From NCBI RefSeq assembly GCF_006345805.1, contig NC_043003.1:38688001-38752000 (forward strand): a stretch of 64,000 nt of DNA, in the 5' to 3' direction. Below are positions 51,388 through 64,000 of this stretch, piece by piece. The stretch's first letter is position 1. Each line of letters starts with the position of its first letter. The stretch is from Octopus sinensis. Lineage: Eukaryota. Under the pieces are notes generated by a model, which was not told the DNA's origin, made no database searches, and saw only the letters and a program-made list of their open reading frames with translations. The position numbers and the translations under genes are program-made.

Positions 51388-54289
51388 CTGCAGAAAATAT
51401 GATATTGGATGTTATTACAAAAGGTTATCTTATATTGCAGACAAACATTCATGCCACACACATGTTTATACACCCTACTGATAGGCTGCATTGATAGGAA
51501 TATTGCTGAAGATACACGTCAGAAGCTGTTGGTGTCATCACATACTTGACTACCAGGTACAACTTATATACACACATACATACATGCATGCATGGATGTA
51601 AAAGGATGACGACGATGATGTTGCTATACCAGCTGCCTGCCCACACTGAGTATTGATAATGGTTTCAATTTTTGGCACAAGGCCAGCAATTTTGAAGGAG
51701 GGAGTAAGTCAATTGTATTGGTCCCAATGTTCAACTGATACTTATTTTATCACTTCTGAAAGGATGGCCTTGATGGAATTTGAACTCAGAACATAAAGAC
51801 AGATGAAATGCTGTTAAGCATTTTGCCCAGTGTGCTAGCAATTCTGCCAGCTCATCATCCTACATTGAGTACTGATAATAATAATAATGATGGTTATATA
51901 GTGACAATGGAGATGATGATGATGGCAATGACGATGATGATGATAATGCTGATGATGATGATAATGCTGCTGCTGCTGCTGATAATGACAATGGTAATAT
52001 TGATGATCATGGTGATGATAATGCTGGTATGATGATGATGTGGATGATAATAATGATGATGATAGTGATAATGACAGCAATAAAGATAATGATAAAAATG
52101 ATGGTAATAACGATTTCTAATGTAAGCACAAAACCAGTGATTTTGAGGGTTGGCGGGTTAAATAATGCCATCAACCTCAGTACTTGATTGGGGAGATGAA
52201 AGGGGAAGTTGGGATTTAAACTTAGAATGTAAAGAAATGGAACAAATGCCGCATCACATTTTTCTTACTCTCAAATGATTAGCATTTCGTCTGTCTTTAC
52301 AGTCTGTGTTCAAATTCTGCTGATGTTGAATTTGCCTTTCATCCTTTCAGAGTTGATAAAATAAGTACCAGTTGACTGCTCGGGTTGACGTAATTGACTG
52401 ACCCCCTCGCCCAAAATTTCTAGCCTTGTGTCAAAATTTGAAACCGATAATCCTTTCTAGTGTAGGTTGGGTCACTGGGAAAGTCTGGTTTCCCAGCAAC
52501 GGAGTTTTGTTTTGTGGGGTTTTTTTCTTTTCCGGGTTATTTTGCATGCTTTCAACAAATGTGACATCAAAATCATGTCTAAGCTGCTCCTTTCCCCAGA
52601 AAAGGAAAGATTTGCCTGCTATATCTTACACACCCTGCTACCATGTAACAGGTATTTCGGGTCCTTTATTGCAAATAGCAGTTACGTGGTAGAAGGGTGT
52701 GCTAGAAATAGCAGCCAAATCTTTGGAAGTGAGATACATTGAATACACACCCAAAAACCTATAGAAATAATTATTTCACACTGAGATTACAAATGGGTCT
52801 TTTACAAAATATTTATGCCAAAAAAAAACTTTTGTAATGGTATTCACTTGCAAATAATTTTAAAAAACATTAAAATATTGTGTTTAACAAAAGCAAAAAC
52901 AGAAATATTTACTGTAAAAAAACAAATCGTATTTTTTCGTCGTCAAGTCACTGTCTAATTGAAAGGTGAAAGTTACTTCCCTTTCATGATTAAGTTAATT
53001 TTGGAGACTTTTCCCATTATGCACCATTTTGGGCATTTATACCCCGAAAACCCTTAATATCTTACCAACCACTTATCTGATATACACAAAATTTGTTTCA
53101 TTCCAATTGTATTTACATTTCAGGGGAAGTTTAATTCATAGTATTTTCCTATTATGCACCAGTTTGGCTGAGTAACATTGCAAGCAAGCAAACAAGTAAG
53201 ATTCAATCTGACTTTTAATGTATTATAGATGAGTGTGTGTGTGTGTGTGTGTGTGTGCACGTGTGTGTGTGGTTGAGGTGGTGATTGGAGCTAATTAATT
53301 ACTTTGGTATCAGTGCCCAACTGGTACTTATTTCATTGAACTCAAAAAGGATGAAAGGCAAAGTCGAACTCAGCATAATTTTAACTTGGAACATAAAGAT
53401 AGTCAAAATACTGCCAAATATTTTGTCTGGTGTGCTAACGAGTTTGCCATTCTCGCTGTCCTAATGAAGGTAATAATGAAAATGATGATATTGATGGTTA
53501 TGAAGATGGTGATAATGATAACAATTTTTTTTCATTTGGGCACAAGGCCAGCAATTTTAAGGGGAGGGCAAAGTCAATTACATTGATCCTAGGACTCAAC
53601 TGGTACTTATTTTATTGATACTGAAAGGACAAAAGTTAGTACTTGAACTCAGAATGTAAAGAGAAAGAAGAAATGTCACTACATATTTTGTCCAGTCTCA
53701 ATGATACGGCCAGTTCAACACTTTGGTGATAATGATGATAATATTAATTATAATGGTGATAATGATAATGACGATGATGACCATAATGATATTAATTATG
53801 ATGGTGATAATGATAATGATAGATGGTAATGTTGCTGATGATAATTATGATGATGATGCTGATGATGATAATGATGATGATAGTGATGGTAACAATTGAT
53901 AATGATAATGGTGGTAATAATGATAGAGATGATAACAATGATTATATTAGTTAATAGATGCTAACATTATCCTAAAGCAGTGGGCAGATCAATAAATCAA
54001 TAATCTACTTGTATTATTTCTGATCCTCAAATACCAACTAGTTTTTCCACTCTAACTCTGTGTGCTAGACAAATGTATATAAAGTTTCGGCACGGCTCAG
54101 TTTTAAGTGGACACTTGAAAGCCATACTCCTTCTGGTTGAATAGATGGACACATGCACATTTACACACAGACTGTAACATATGCAGTCCTCAACAGAAAC
54201 AATATGAAAGTGTAGATGTCTCTTAACTGCAAGGGAATTTTATGGCTTAGTGCTTAGGTCTGTCATTTTGGCATTAAGATGATGAAAGA

Positions 54290-54680
54290 CAGAGTCTTCT
54301 TCTTCTTTAATCTCTAGCTGGTGACTGGAGGAGGAGGCTGTCCTCTCAACCAATATGCTGCTGTGGGTGCTACTGGATGACAGACTCTGGTGATAATGTT
54401 ATTCCACACTTTCTGATTCATGGCAGTGGCCTGGGTATGCTCATGGTCGAGGAACTATGGCTCCAGGTCTTCCTCATTTTGTTTTGCCCATGTCTTCTTT
54501 GGTGTGCTGTGCTGGATTCTCCATTGCATGGGTCACTTGTTATAAAAGTTGGTGTAGTAAACTTCCAGTGCTCCTCCTGCAGACGTGGCTAAACCACTGT
54601 AACCTGTGCTGCTAGACTTGGTCTGCAATGGTTGGCTGTTGCTGGCATTGTTCTTGGATGTTGTTATTTGAGATTCAGTT
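54290..54680 (-). mobile_element. Old RTE LINE 3' fragment
   Basis: HRLQWFSHVCRR (~RLRWFGHVxR), PKKTW, and a (GAA)n tail. Confidence 0.7.
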
Positions 54681-55384
54681 GTGTAGAAAGACAGGACCTA
54701 CAAGAGAAATTTTACAAAACTGCTTCTGATCCCTAGGGAGGTAAGAGTGGTCCTATCACAATTCAAAGATGTGGGTTATTTAGGGAATGGACTGATCAGG
54801 TATTCATGGATCCCCTCTTTGGCTTTCCCTGAACTGATGATGATGAGGATGAGGATGCTGATACAGATGCTGCTGCTGATGATGATGTACATGTGTGTTT
54901 TGTGTGCTTGCATGTACCCTTGTCCTGACATCATGAGATGGTTGTAAATGAGCATCACTGTCATACAAGCGATGCTGTTCGTTCCCAGTCAACTGTGGAA
55001 ACCATATCTGGCTATGGCCATAGGAAAATATCACCTTGCTTGGAAACAGGTAAGGGTTGGTAACAGGAAGGTAAAAAGGTTAAGTTACTTTCTTGAGTCA
55101 TAGCAACTCATAAGGGCCAGTTTCCTGGTTTCATGACTGTTAGAGAAAGAAATCTTGCTGTTTCTTGCAATACATATCAATACCTATGTCTAAAGCAAAA
55201 TTTCTTCAGGTGTTCCTAAAATACTATTTACTGTTTTGCTATTGGACCCCCAAAAATCTGATGTGAACCCTCAGGTGCTATATGGATCTCAGTTGAGAAT
55301 GACTGAAATACAACATCATGAGAACATATTGCTGTTATCATTATGATTATAACTTCTATATAACAATAGCTGATATAAATGTTC

Positions 55385-55920
55385 GTTGGTTGCTTCTTGA
55401 TTTCTCCAGTGCTCTGCTAAAGAACCTCCCTGTACCTGTACCTCTTGTCGCATCTAAGACCGCGGATTCTGCTACCCATGAAGTCATTGCCATTGGGGTG
55501 CCTGAAGACATGGCTGATCTTCAGGCATTTGCTGCCAACTCAGCCAAAGACCTAGGCTGCGTTCCCCCAACGGGTGCTATCCGCCTTGGACGACCTGGCC
55601 CAAAACCTAGGCTCATCAAGCTGTCTTTTTCGGACCACACTGAGGCAACCTCTTACCATCTGGCCTCAGTTAAAGCTGGGCGTGAAAATCGGACCACCTT
55701 CCGAACACGCCCAGGCTTACCGTCCGATCTACGTCCGAAGCTACGTGTAGCGGCTTTCCTGAATAGGAACTCAGCTCTACAGGAAAGCTTCAGTCTTCGG
55801 GAAGATGGACAAATCTGGAGATTTGTCAAGACTGATGAAACGTGGAAGAGAGATACCAGCTGGTCTGAGTGCTCTCTACCCACAATAACTAAAAAGACTA
55901 CAGCAACTCAGGGAAACTAA
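55385..55920 (+). CDS. LINE ORF1 C-terminal part (RRM-like)
   Basis: VIAIGVPE and RLGRPGPKPRLIKLSF motifs are typical of CR1/L2-type ORF1. Directly upstream of ORF2; the 5' boundary is approximate. Confidence 0.7.
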
Positions 55921-55976
55921 GCCAGGACAATCTGCCATCCTCCACACACCATCATAAACTGCGAGCAGGGTACAAA

Positions 55977-58731
55977 TTGTTGTCCTTAAATGCTCGCAGT
56001 TTATGCAACAAAATACATTGTTCAACGCCTACGTCAGAAGTGTTGACCCTGACTTCATCACTGTCACGGAAACATGGGCGCATTCCTTACTCTGTGATGG
56101 GGTTTTCAACATCATGGGGTACAACCTCTTCCGTAAGGACCGCACTAACCGCCGTGGTGGTGGTGTGATGGTCTACGTTCGTTCAAATGTTTTGGTAATT
56201 CCTTGTGCCGATTTGAACGAATCACAAGAAGAAGTTTTTTCTGTGACGTACGTATGACCATGTCAACACTCCTGCTTGGCGTTGTTTATCGTCCCCCAAA
56301 TTACCATCAGGACACACAGCTTTGCAACATCCTCCGAGCTGCAGCCAGGAAAACAGCCACTTATGTGTTTATTGCAGGCGATTTCAATCATCCTGAGATC
56401 GATTGGGAAACCTTCCGTTGGCCACAGAGTGCAAACGATTTTGTTGAGCTTGTGCTGGACTCAAACTGGTCACAAGTAGTCACCTCTCCAACAAGAGGCG
56501 ACAACACCTTGGACCTGCTCTTCACCACAACTCCTGAAGCGGTTATCAATTGTACTACGGAGGAACCTCTAGGTGACTCTGATCATGCTATGATCATCGC
56601 CAATCTGGCTCTTGCGGGCAACAAACACCTGAACCATCTCCAATCTGCTTCCTTCGATTGGAAGAGAGCAGATTGGAACCTGTACCACACTGAACTACAG
56701 CACCCAAACTGGCGTGAATTCTACAACTCTGGAGATGTGAATACTATACTCCAGAGTATCCTGGACTCAATATGGGCAGCATGTGCAGCATCAGTGCCAC
56801 GTAAACTAAAAAAGAAGAACCGCCCCAAAAGGGCAATTTGGGAAACTTCAGCGGTCCGACTTGCCAGGAAGGAACGTCGGACTGCTGAACAGGAATACAA
56901 GTTGCATAAATCAGACACCAACAGGAAGAAGCGGAATAAATCCTCCAACCATCTCAAGCAAGTGACAAAAAATGCAGTGCTTGAATTTGAACAGTGCATA
57001 GCAGCCAATCCTGACAGCAAGGTTTTCTGGAAATATGTGCATTCAAAGCAGAGACCTCACTCTCCAGTGGGCCCTCTTCGCAACCCTCACACGAACCAGA
57101 TCACTGACGACCCCAAGGAATGCGCAGAACTCATTGCCGAGTGCTATGCAAACATATTCACTGTCGAAAGTCAAAATGTACCATCTTCACCATCACTAAC
57201 AGCAAACTCCATAACAACTATGGAATTTACACCTGCAATGCTGCGACGTCACCTTCAAAATAAGCGCAACTATGCCTCCCCTGGTCTCGATGGAGTTACA
57301 TACCTGCTTCTCAAACGTGGCAGGCACTTCCTTTTACACCAGCTTTCTATTTTCTTCCAGTACTGTCTCAACAATGGTGCTACTCCGGAGCAGTGGAAAA
57401 CTGCCAGTGTCATTCCTCTGTTCAAAAAGGGTGACCGCACATCACCTGTCAACTATCGCCCAGTCAGTCTCACTAGCTGTATTGCAAAACTGATGGAATC
57501 GTGTGTCAGAGAAACACTCTGGAACTTCTGGAGCTCTCACAGTCTCATCCGACCCTCACAATATGGATTTGTCCCTAACTCCAGCTGCAGTGACCAGCTT
57601 GTCGAGTTCCTTGAGGACATTACTCAGATCGCTGACAGTGGCTCATGGGTGGATGTTGTCTACCTTGACTTTGCTAAGGCTTTCAACTCTGTGCCACACA
57701 AAAGGCTTATGGTGAAACTCTCTGTGGGGGATGACCTTTTTAACTGGTTGAAATCCTTCATCCTCAGCCGAAAGGAGGTAGTCACAGTTCTAGGACAGCA
57801 CTCTACACCATATGAGATGTCATCGGGTGTACCACAGGGATCTGTCCTTGGTCCCCTCCTGTTTGTGGCATACATTAATGACATAGATGCCAATTTAAAG
57901 AATGCCACAGTATTGAAATATGCAGACGACATCAAGCTGTACCTTGAAATCAAGAGGACTGATCCTGATGTCTACAACTCTTTCCTGCAATCAGACCTAG
58001 ACACAATGCAGCAATGGATCACAGACTGGCAACTGAAACTGGCTGTGGACAAGTGTACCACCATGCATTTTGGGAGAAAAAACCCTGCGTCCACATACTC
58101 CCTCCACAACACTGATATCAAGAAATCCTCTTGCGAGCGTGACCTAGGCATCACTGTCAGCAGTGATTTGCGTTGGACAAAGCATATCTCTAAAATTGTC
58201 AAGAAGGCCGAGGGTGTCTTGGCATCACTCAGCAAGACTTTTGTTAGCCGCTCTCCAGCCATCTATTTAAAACTGTATACAGCTATGGTACGACCACACT
58301 TGGAATTCGCATCATCAGTTTGGAATCCCTATCTTGCTCAGAACATTGACCTCCTGGAATCTGTCCAGAGACGTGCAACCAAACGCATACCCTCCATCAG
58401 ACACCTACCATATTCTGAGCGCCTTGTTTCCCTGGGCATGGATTCACTGAAGCTCCGGCGTCTAGCGACGGACTTGGTAAACACCCACAAGATTATCAAC
58501 CACCTCACCAACAACAACACTGAACACCTTTTTGATCTCCATGTGTCTAACACACGTGGACATGCCTACAAAGTCAGAAAACAGCACAGCTCCCATGACT
58601 TTCGGAAACATTTTTTCACGCTCAGGGTTGCTGAAGCGTGGAATAAACTGCCTGCATCAGTTGTTGACTGCCATGACACTGCATCCTTTAAGGCCCTCAT
58701 GCTTCCCGAAATCCGTCGAAACTACACCTGA
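55977..58731 (+). pseudogene. LINE ORF2 (APE + reverse transcriptase), two frameshifts in the endonuclease
   Basis: APE motifs: LNARSL, TETW, RRGGGV, YRPP, GDFN, SDH. RT motifs: YRPVSLTS, YLDFAKAF, GVPQGSVLGP, YADD, RPHLEFASSVWNPY. Motifs are split over ORFs 55977, 56003 and 56203, with shifts near 56015 and 56250. Confidence 0.93.
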
Positions 58732-59194
58732 TTATATATACACTTTAGATGAGTTGTAGTGCACCTGAGCACTGTACACAATTATTATTATTATTATATA
58801 TATTCCCCACCGGGACGCCACCACCAATAATAACAACAACACTGCAGCAACTTAACTTCTCTAAGTCTACTACCCCGAATACTCCTAATAATACCTATTT
58901 CTTTACTACCCACAAGGGGCTAAACACAGAGGAGACAAACAAAGACAGACAAACGGATTAAGTCAATTTTATTGACCCCAGTGCACAACTGGTACTTAAT
59001 TTATTGACCCAGAAAGGATGAAAGGCAAAGTCGACCTCGGCGGAATTTGAACTCAGAATGTAATGGCAGATGAAATACCGCTTAGCATTTCACCCAGCAT
59101 GCTAACGTTTCTGCTGGCTCGCCGCCTTAATACCCCTAATAATACCATCACCACCACCAACAACAACATCATCACCACTACAGCTGCCACTCAC

Positions 59195-59390
59195 CTTTGC
59201 CATCCTGTTACAGTAATACCACAGATCTTCTTGAATTTATGTTTCTCTTGGTTGATGACACTCAACCAGGCAAGATGGTTGTCAACATGATACATAATAT
59301 TCGTCAAGTAGGCAGAAGAACTGGTAGCACCTTTGAAAGAACTTGCGAGCCAAATGTTTGGAAATACTTTGGAATAACGGTCCCAAATAT
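59195..59390 (-). CDS. HEXD: HEXD exon (DIWDRYSKVFPNIWLASSFKGATSS...GITVTGWQR)
   Basis: Acceptor tttttgcag|ATAT, donor CAAAG|gtgagt. 196 nt, phase 1 to 2. Contains the W-x-ASxFKGA and TGWQR motifs. Confidence 0.95.
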
Positions 59391-60252
59391 CTGCAAAAAT
59401 ACATATGCCTTATTTATCATGTTTACTTGATTTAGTCATTGTCATTGGACTGCGGCCATGCTGGGGCACCACCTTGAAGTATTTTAATTGAATGAATCAA
59501 CCCCAGTACTTCTTTTTTAATCCTAGTACTCATTCTTATGGGGATGCAAACACAACAACACCAGTTGTCAAGTGATGGTGGGGGGAAAAACAAACACAAA
59601 AAAACACACATATTGATATACATATACATACATATATATATATATATCACATGATCATGTGACCGACCAGACCATCAGATGTTGTTACACATCGCTGGTC
59701 ACAATGCGTTCGCATTGTTTTAGCCTTCAAATGACGCCACCCTGCTAGCTAAGCAAGCAGGCCAACAGAAGAAAGAGTGGAAGAAAGTGTGGTGAAAGAG
59801 TACAACAGGGATCACCACCCCCTGCCGGAGCCTCGTGGAGCTTTTTAGGTGTTTTCGCTCAATAAACAATCACAATGCCCGGTCTGGGAATCGAAACCGC
59901 GATCCTACGACCGCGAGTCCGCTGCCCTAACCACTGGGCCATTGCGCCTCCACATATATATATATATATTTCATCTACTAATTACTTCAGACTACTGGAG
60001 GGATAAAGGTAGAATGAGGTATCTTTGCCTCTTGGCTGAAACAGCTGTAAGATATTATCCCAATTTCTATTCCTGTATGTTATATATTTTAATAATTACT
60101 GATATCTTTATATATTATATATGTAAAGCATAATATGTTATACATGTATGTATATTGTTATAATTGTCATTTTAGTAAATAAATAAATTGACATAATATA
60201 ATGTCTAAAAGTTGATGAATACCACCTATTGATACCCTCCATTTTCTTATTG

Positions 60253-60311
<59 letters not shown>

Positions 60312-60375
60312 TAAATTTCCTCTATTTACATAATATTGAGGTCTCTTTCTTTCTTTTGTTATCTTACCGTTTTTA

Positions 60376-60412
<37 letters not shown>

Positions 60413-61682
60413 CAGGCTTCTTTCAGTTTCCATTTACCAAATACACTCACAAGGCTTCGGTTGCTCAAGGCTATAGTAGAAGACACTTACCGAAGGTATC
60501 ACAGAGTGGAATTGAACCTGGAACCATGTGGTTGGGAAGCAAGCTTCTTACCACACAGCCATGCCTGTGTCTGTATATATATATATAAAATAATAAATAA
60601 AGTACACATACTACAGGCACAGGTATGACTGTGTGGTTAAGAAGATCATTTTGCTACCATATGGTTTTAGGTTCAGTCCCACTGAGTGGTACCTCATCAT
60701 GGGTAGGGCTTTTTTTTCTATATCCCCAGACTAACGTCTTGAGAGTGAACTGAAGATAAAAACTGTATGGATGCACTGAGTGGAAAATTAACATAGATTA
60801 TGTCACTCGAATCATAAGCTGGTTTCTGGAAAAACTCATTGCAATGCTAGCTGCCTATAAATATTTTAAAATGCAATCTGCTGAAAAGATAGTCCTGAAG
60901 ATTAAAGTATAAAATATGACAGTGATGTGGAGGGTATGCTGACACTTAATATCAAAGAATACTGACAGAAAGCCTCTGTCGAAATCTCAGTAAAATGTAA
61001 GCATAACATAGCAGACATAATGAGCTAGTATGGAGAGAAAAACACCAGGAAGTGTGCACATAGGTGCAGGCATGGCTGTGTGGTAAGCAGCTTGCTTCCC
61101 AACCACATGGTCTTGAGTTCTGTCCCACAGAGTGGCAACTTGAATGTATGTGTTCCACTATAGTCCTGGGCTGACCAAAGCCTTGTGAGTGGATCTGGGG
61201 GAGAGAAGCCTATTGTGTGTGTGTGTGTGTGTGTGTGTGTGAGTTTGTGTTTGAGTCTATCTCTCTGGTGTTTGACAATCTGTGTTTGTTTGCTTACATC
61301 CCCTCTAACGTATTGGTTTAGCAAAAGAGACTGATAGAATAAGTAACAGAATGTAAAAATAAGTCTTGTTTAACCAAAACCCTTCAAGGCAGTGCCCCAG
61401 CATGGCTGCAGTTCAATGACTAGAACAAACAAAAGAAGATAGAAGAAGCTATAGAACCAAATGTTAACGTAATGCTAAAGATAAATAAAAAGAAAAAGTC
61501 TATACCACAAACTACAGAGAAATCTACAGATATCCCATCTGGTCTATAGCTTTAGAATAATATCTGTAATTACTGGAGTACTTTAGAATTGTACCTGCAC
61601 TTACTGGTAACTAACTGCCTCAACAAAAATCTTGAGAAGTTTCATAAAACCAGAAAGGGCATAGTTGATTAGGAAATTACAG

Positions 61683-62116
61683 GGATCTTTTCGGTTTGAA
61701 CGGCAGTTTTTTCTAGCGATGTCATATGAAATTGTCACCCATAATTATGACCCTAGTATCGATCTATTGCATTTCAATCTGTTTTAGGGTTAGGGTTAGT
61801 TAGGGTTAGGGTTAGGGGTGGGGGGAAGGGTATCTTTTTTTCTTCACAAATGTAAATAAACCCAATCTGTTTCTTAAATGAGGGACATATTCATACAGTA
61901 CAGAATGTTTTTTACCTCAATAGATGTCAGCGATTGGTTGAAATTGCAGAAATTAAAGAAAAAAAACAACAAATATCTTACGAACTATAGAATGTTCTCA
62001 ATAAAGCCAAGAGAAAAAGATGTTTTATAAACACATTCTACCAGTATACGAAGTTTAAAATTTTTTTAGTTACCTAGAAATTATGTTAAAAACTGCCGTT
62101 CAAACCGAAAAGATCC
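61683..62116. mobile_element. Non-autonomous DNA transposon with 28-bp TIRs, 8-bp TSD and internal (TTAGGG)n
   Basis: TIR ggatcttttcggtttgaacggcagtttt / aaaactgccgttcaaaccgaaaagatcc. TSD aattacag at 61675-61682 and 62117-62124. Confidence 0.92.
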
Positions 62117-62214
62117 AATTACAGCTCCATACAATTAATGGAAATGCGAAAATATGTAACATAGATCATTTAAAATAAATATTGGAAGAGACGTATAATA
62201 GATGTCAAACTCAC

Positions 62215-62283
62215 CATTAGGTAGGACGAATTGTGTTACATAGTGCCATACCATTGGTTCCACAATATCACCTAGTTTAGATT
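62215..62283 (-). CDS. HEXD: HEXD exon (ESKLGDIVEPMVWHYVTQFVLPN)
   Basis: Acceptor ctctctctag|AATC, donor AATG|gtgagt. 69 nt, phase 1 to 1. VEPMVWHY corresponds to HEXD VEPVLWDY. Confidence 0.92.
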
Positions 62284-62504
62284 CTAGAGAGAGACAAAAA
62301 AAAAAGAAATTTTGATGATTCTAACAATAATGCTTTCAAATTTTGGCACAAAGCCAGCAATTTTGGGGGAGGAGGTAAGTTGATTACATTGACCCCATGA
62401 CTCAACTGGTACCTATTTTGTTGACCCCGAAAGGACAAAAGGTAAAGGTGAGCTCAGCAGAATTTCGCCCGGCGTGCCAATGATTCTACCAGCTCGCTGC
62501 CTTA

Positions 62505-62700
<196 letters not shown>

Positions 62701-63091
62701 ATATCTGCATCTACATCATACGTAAATAAGAGGAGACCCTGTAGGATTGAGAGGACTTTTATATGGCTGAGGATGTGACAGCTACCTTAGGAATGGAGCT
62801 ATAAAAATTACACCCAATACACTCTGTGAAGTTGTTGGTGTTAGGAGTGCATCCAGCTGTAGAAACCTTCCAAAAATAGAACACAAGATTAGATGCGTCA
62901 TTCTGATGCATCTTGGAGAAGAGTAACTTCAAAAAAAAGTTAACCTGGACAGTGAATAACTGTCTAATCTCTGCCAGCATGGACAGCAGACATGAAATAA
63001 GAGTGATGATGATTATGTTAACACATACTCACAAATATATATGCATGTGTGTATGTATCTGTATATAGATGTGCGCTTATATATACATTAC

Positions 63092-63275
63092 CTTTAAGAA
63101 GAGCCAGTTCACAAAACCTCATCATGTCATCCCACATGAGAACAGTCAGATGATTGTATTTACACTTCACATATTTCACAACTTTCTCAATATGAACAAA
63201 GAACATCTGTTGGTTTGTTAAGTTCTCTGAAGCCATTGTCTTCTTACACCGCTCACAGAACCCTATGTGATAAAC
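63092..63275 (-). CDS. HEXD: Hexosaminidase D-like (GH20), first exon visible in window
   Basis: Acceptor ttttgtcatttacag|GTT, donor AAAG|gtaatg. 184 nt, phase 0 to 1. VYHIGFCERCKK...VLMWDDMMRF matches the HEXD segment right after the catalytic HIGxDE motif, including the WDDM motif (recognised from memory of the family). Confidence 0.93.
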
Positions 63276-63559
63276 CTGTAAATGACAAAACTCTATAAAC
63301 AGATTGGAACCACAATTTATATATTCTAGCATAGAACATGCATGCATAAATACATACATACATAGATGGACAGACAGAGAGCCAGATAAATAGATAGATG
63401 CACATGGACATAGGCAGTACAATTTTAGCAAAAATTAAGTAATGAGCTGGTTATGAACAGATAGGTTCACTTAAACAAAGTAATCATGTATATGGACATC
63501 AATTCTACATGGTAGTGAGCAATTAGCCCTGAATGCAGTGGACATGCAAAGGTTAGAAA

Positions 63560-64000
63560 GAAATGAGGCTAATATGCTCTGCTAGATGTGTAATGTAAGT
63601 GTACATATTCGACAGAGTGCTAATGCTTTGAGAGAGAAGTTAGGCATAAGAGGAATTAGTTTCTGTGTGCTAGAGAAAAGACTGCACTGGTTTGGTTGTA
63701 TGATGCAGAGGGATGCCAACAGCTCCATAAAGAAGAGCCAATCTCTCAAAGCAGATGGAACACGTGAAGTGGGAGACCCAGGAAGATATGGGATGAAGTG
63801 CTGAAGGATAGCCTTAAGATGCTGAACCTTTCAAGTGAGATGACAAAGGACTGAGATGTCTGGCACCTTGCTATACTCATGAAGATCCGTACTCTACAGC
63901 AGAAGTGTTAAGATTAGTCCCCCTAATGGTGAAGATTGACCTGCAATAGTCCTGGGCTAGTGTCATGTAAAAAGAGCACTCGTGGCGGTACCACGTCAGA
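63560..64000 (+). mobile_element. RTE LINE 3' fragment
   Basis: LREKLGIRGIS..VLEKRLHWFGCMMQRDANSSIKK. Confidence 0.85.

Larger units (their letters stand above)
55385..58795 (+). mobile_element. CR1/Jockey-group LINE, near full length, antisense within a HEXD intron
   Basis: ORF1 remnant, APE endonuclease, RT, then a 3' UTR ending in an (ATT)n tail at about 58780-58795. No clear TSD found. Confidence 0.95.

Overview
Repeat-dense, AT-rich animal genomic DNA. The SINE families, microsatellite load and TE content suggest a cephalopod (Octopus-like); this is an inference. One host gene is firmly supported: the 3' part of a hexosaminidase D (HEXD, GH20) gene on the minus strand. It has 8 GT-AG exons with consistent phases from 63275 down to a stop at 35317, and its 5' exons lie beyond the window. 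A second orphan Ser/Thr/Asn-rich exon-like ORF lies at about 8.3-8.8 kb. The rest is TE debris: a near-complete CR1-type LINE, RTE and CRE-like fragments, mariner (DD34D), maT (DD37D-like) and Tc1 remnants, fold-back MITEs, and several tRNA-derived SINE families. The main result is four unrelated small retroelement families, each carrying a type I hammerhead ribozyme motif read directly from the sequence (17.0 kb; 13.1/25.5/26.6 kb; 39.1 kb; 41.8/45.1 kb). Three of them share one architecture: inverted duplication with both 3' ends pointing outward, plus candidate target-site duplications. One is a 355-nt tandem unit (retrozyme-like, possibly copied from a circular RNA), one is a tRNA-headed hammerhead SINE, and one flanks about 2.4 kb of cargo. 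All alignments were done by eye; boundaries of degraded TEs are approximate, and ribozyme activity is untested.
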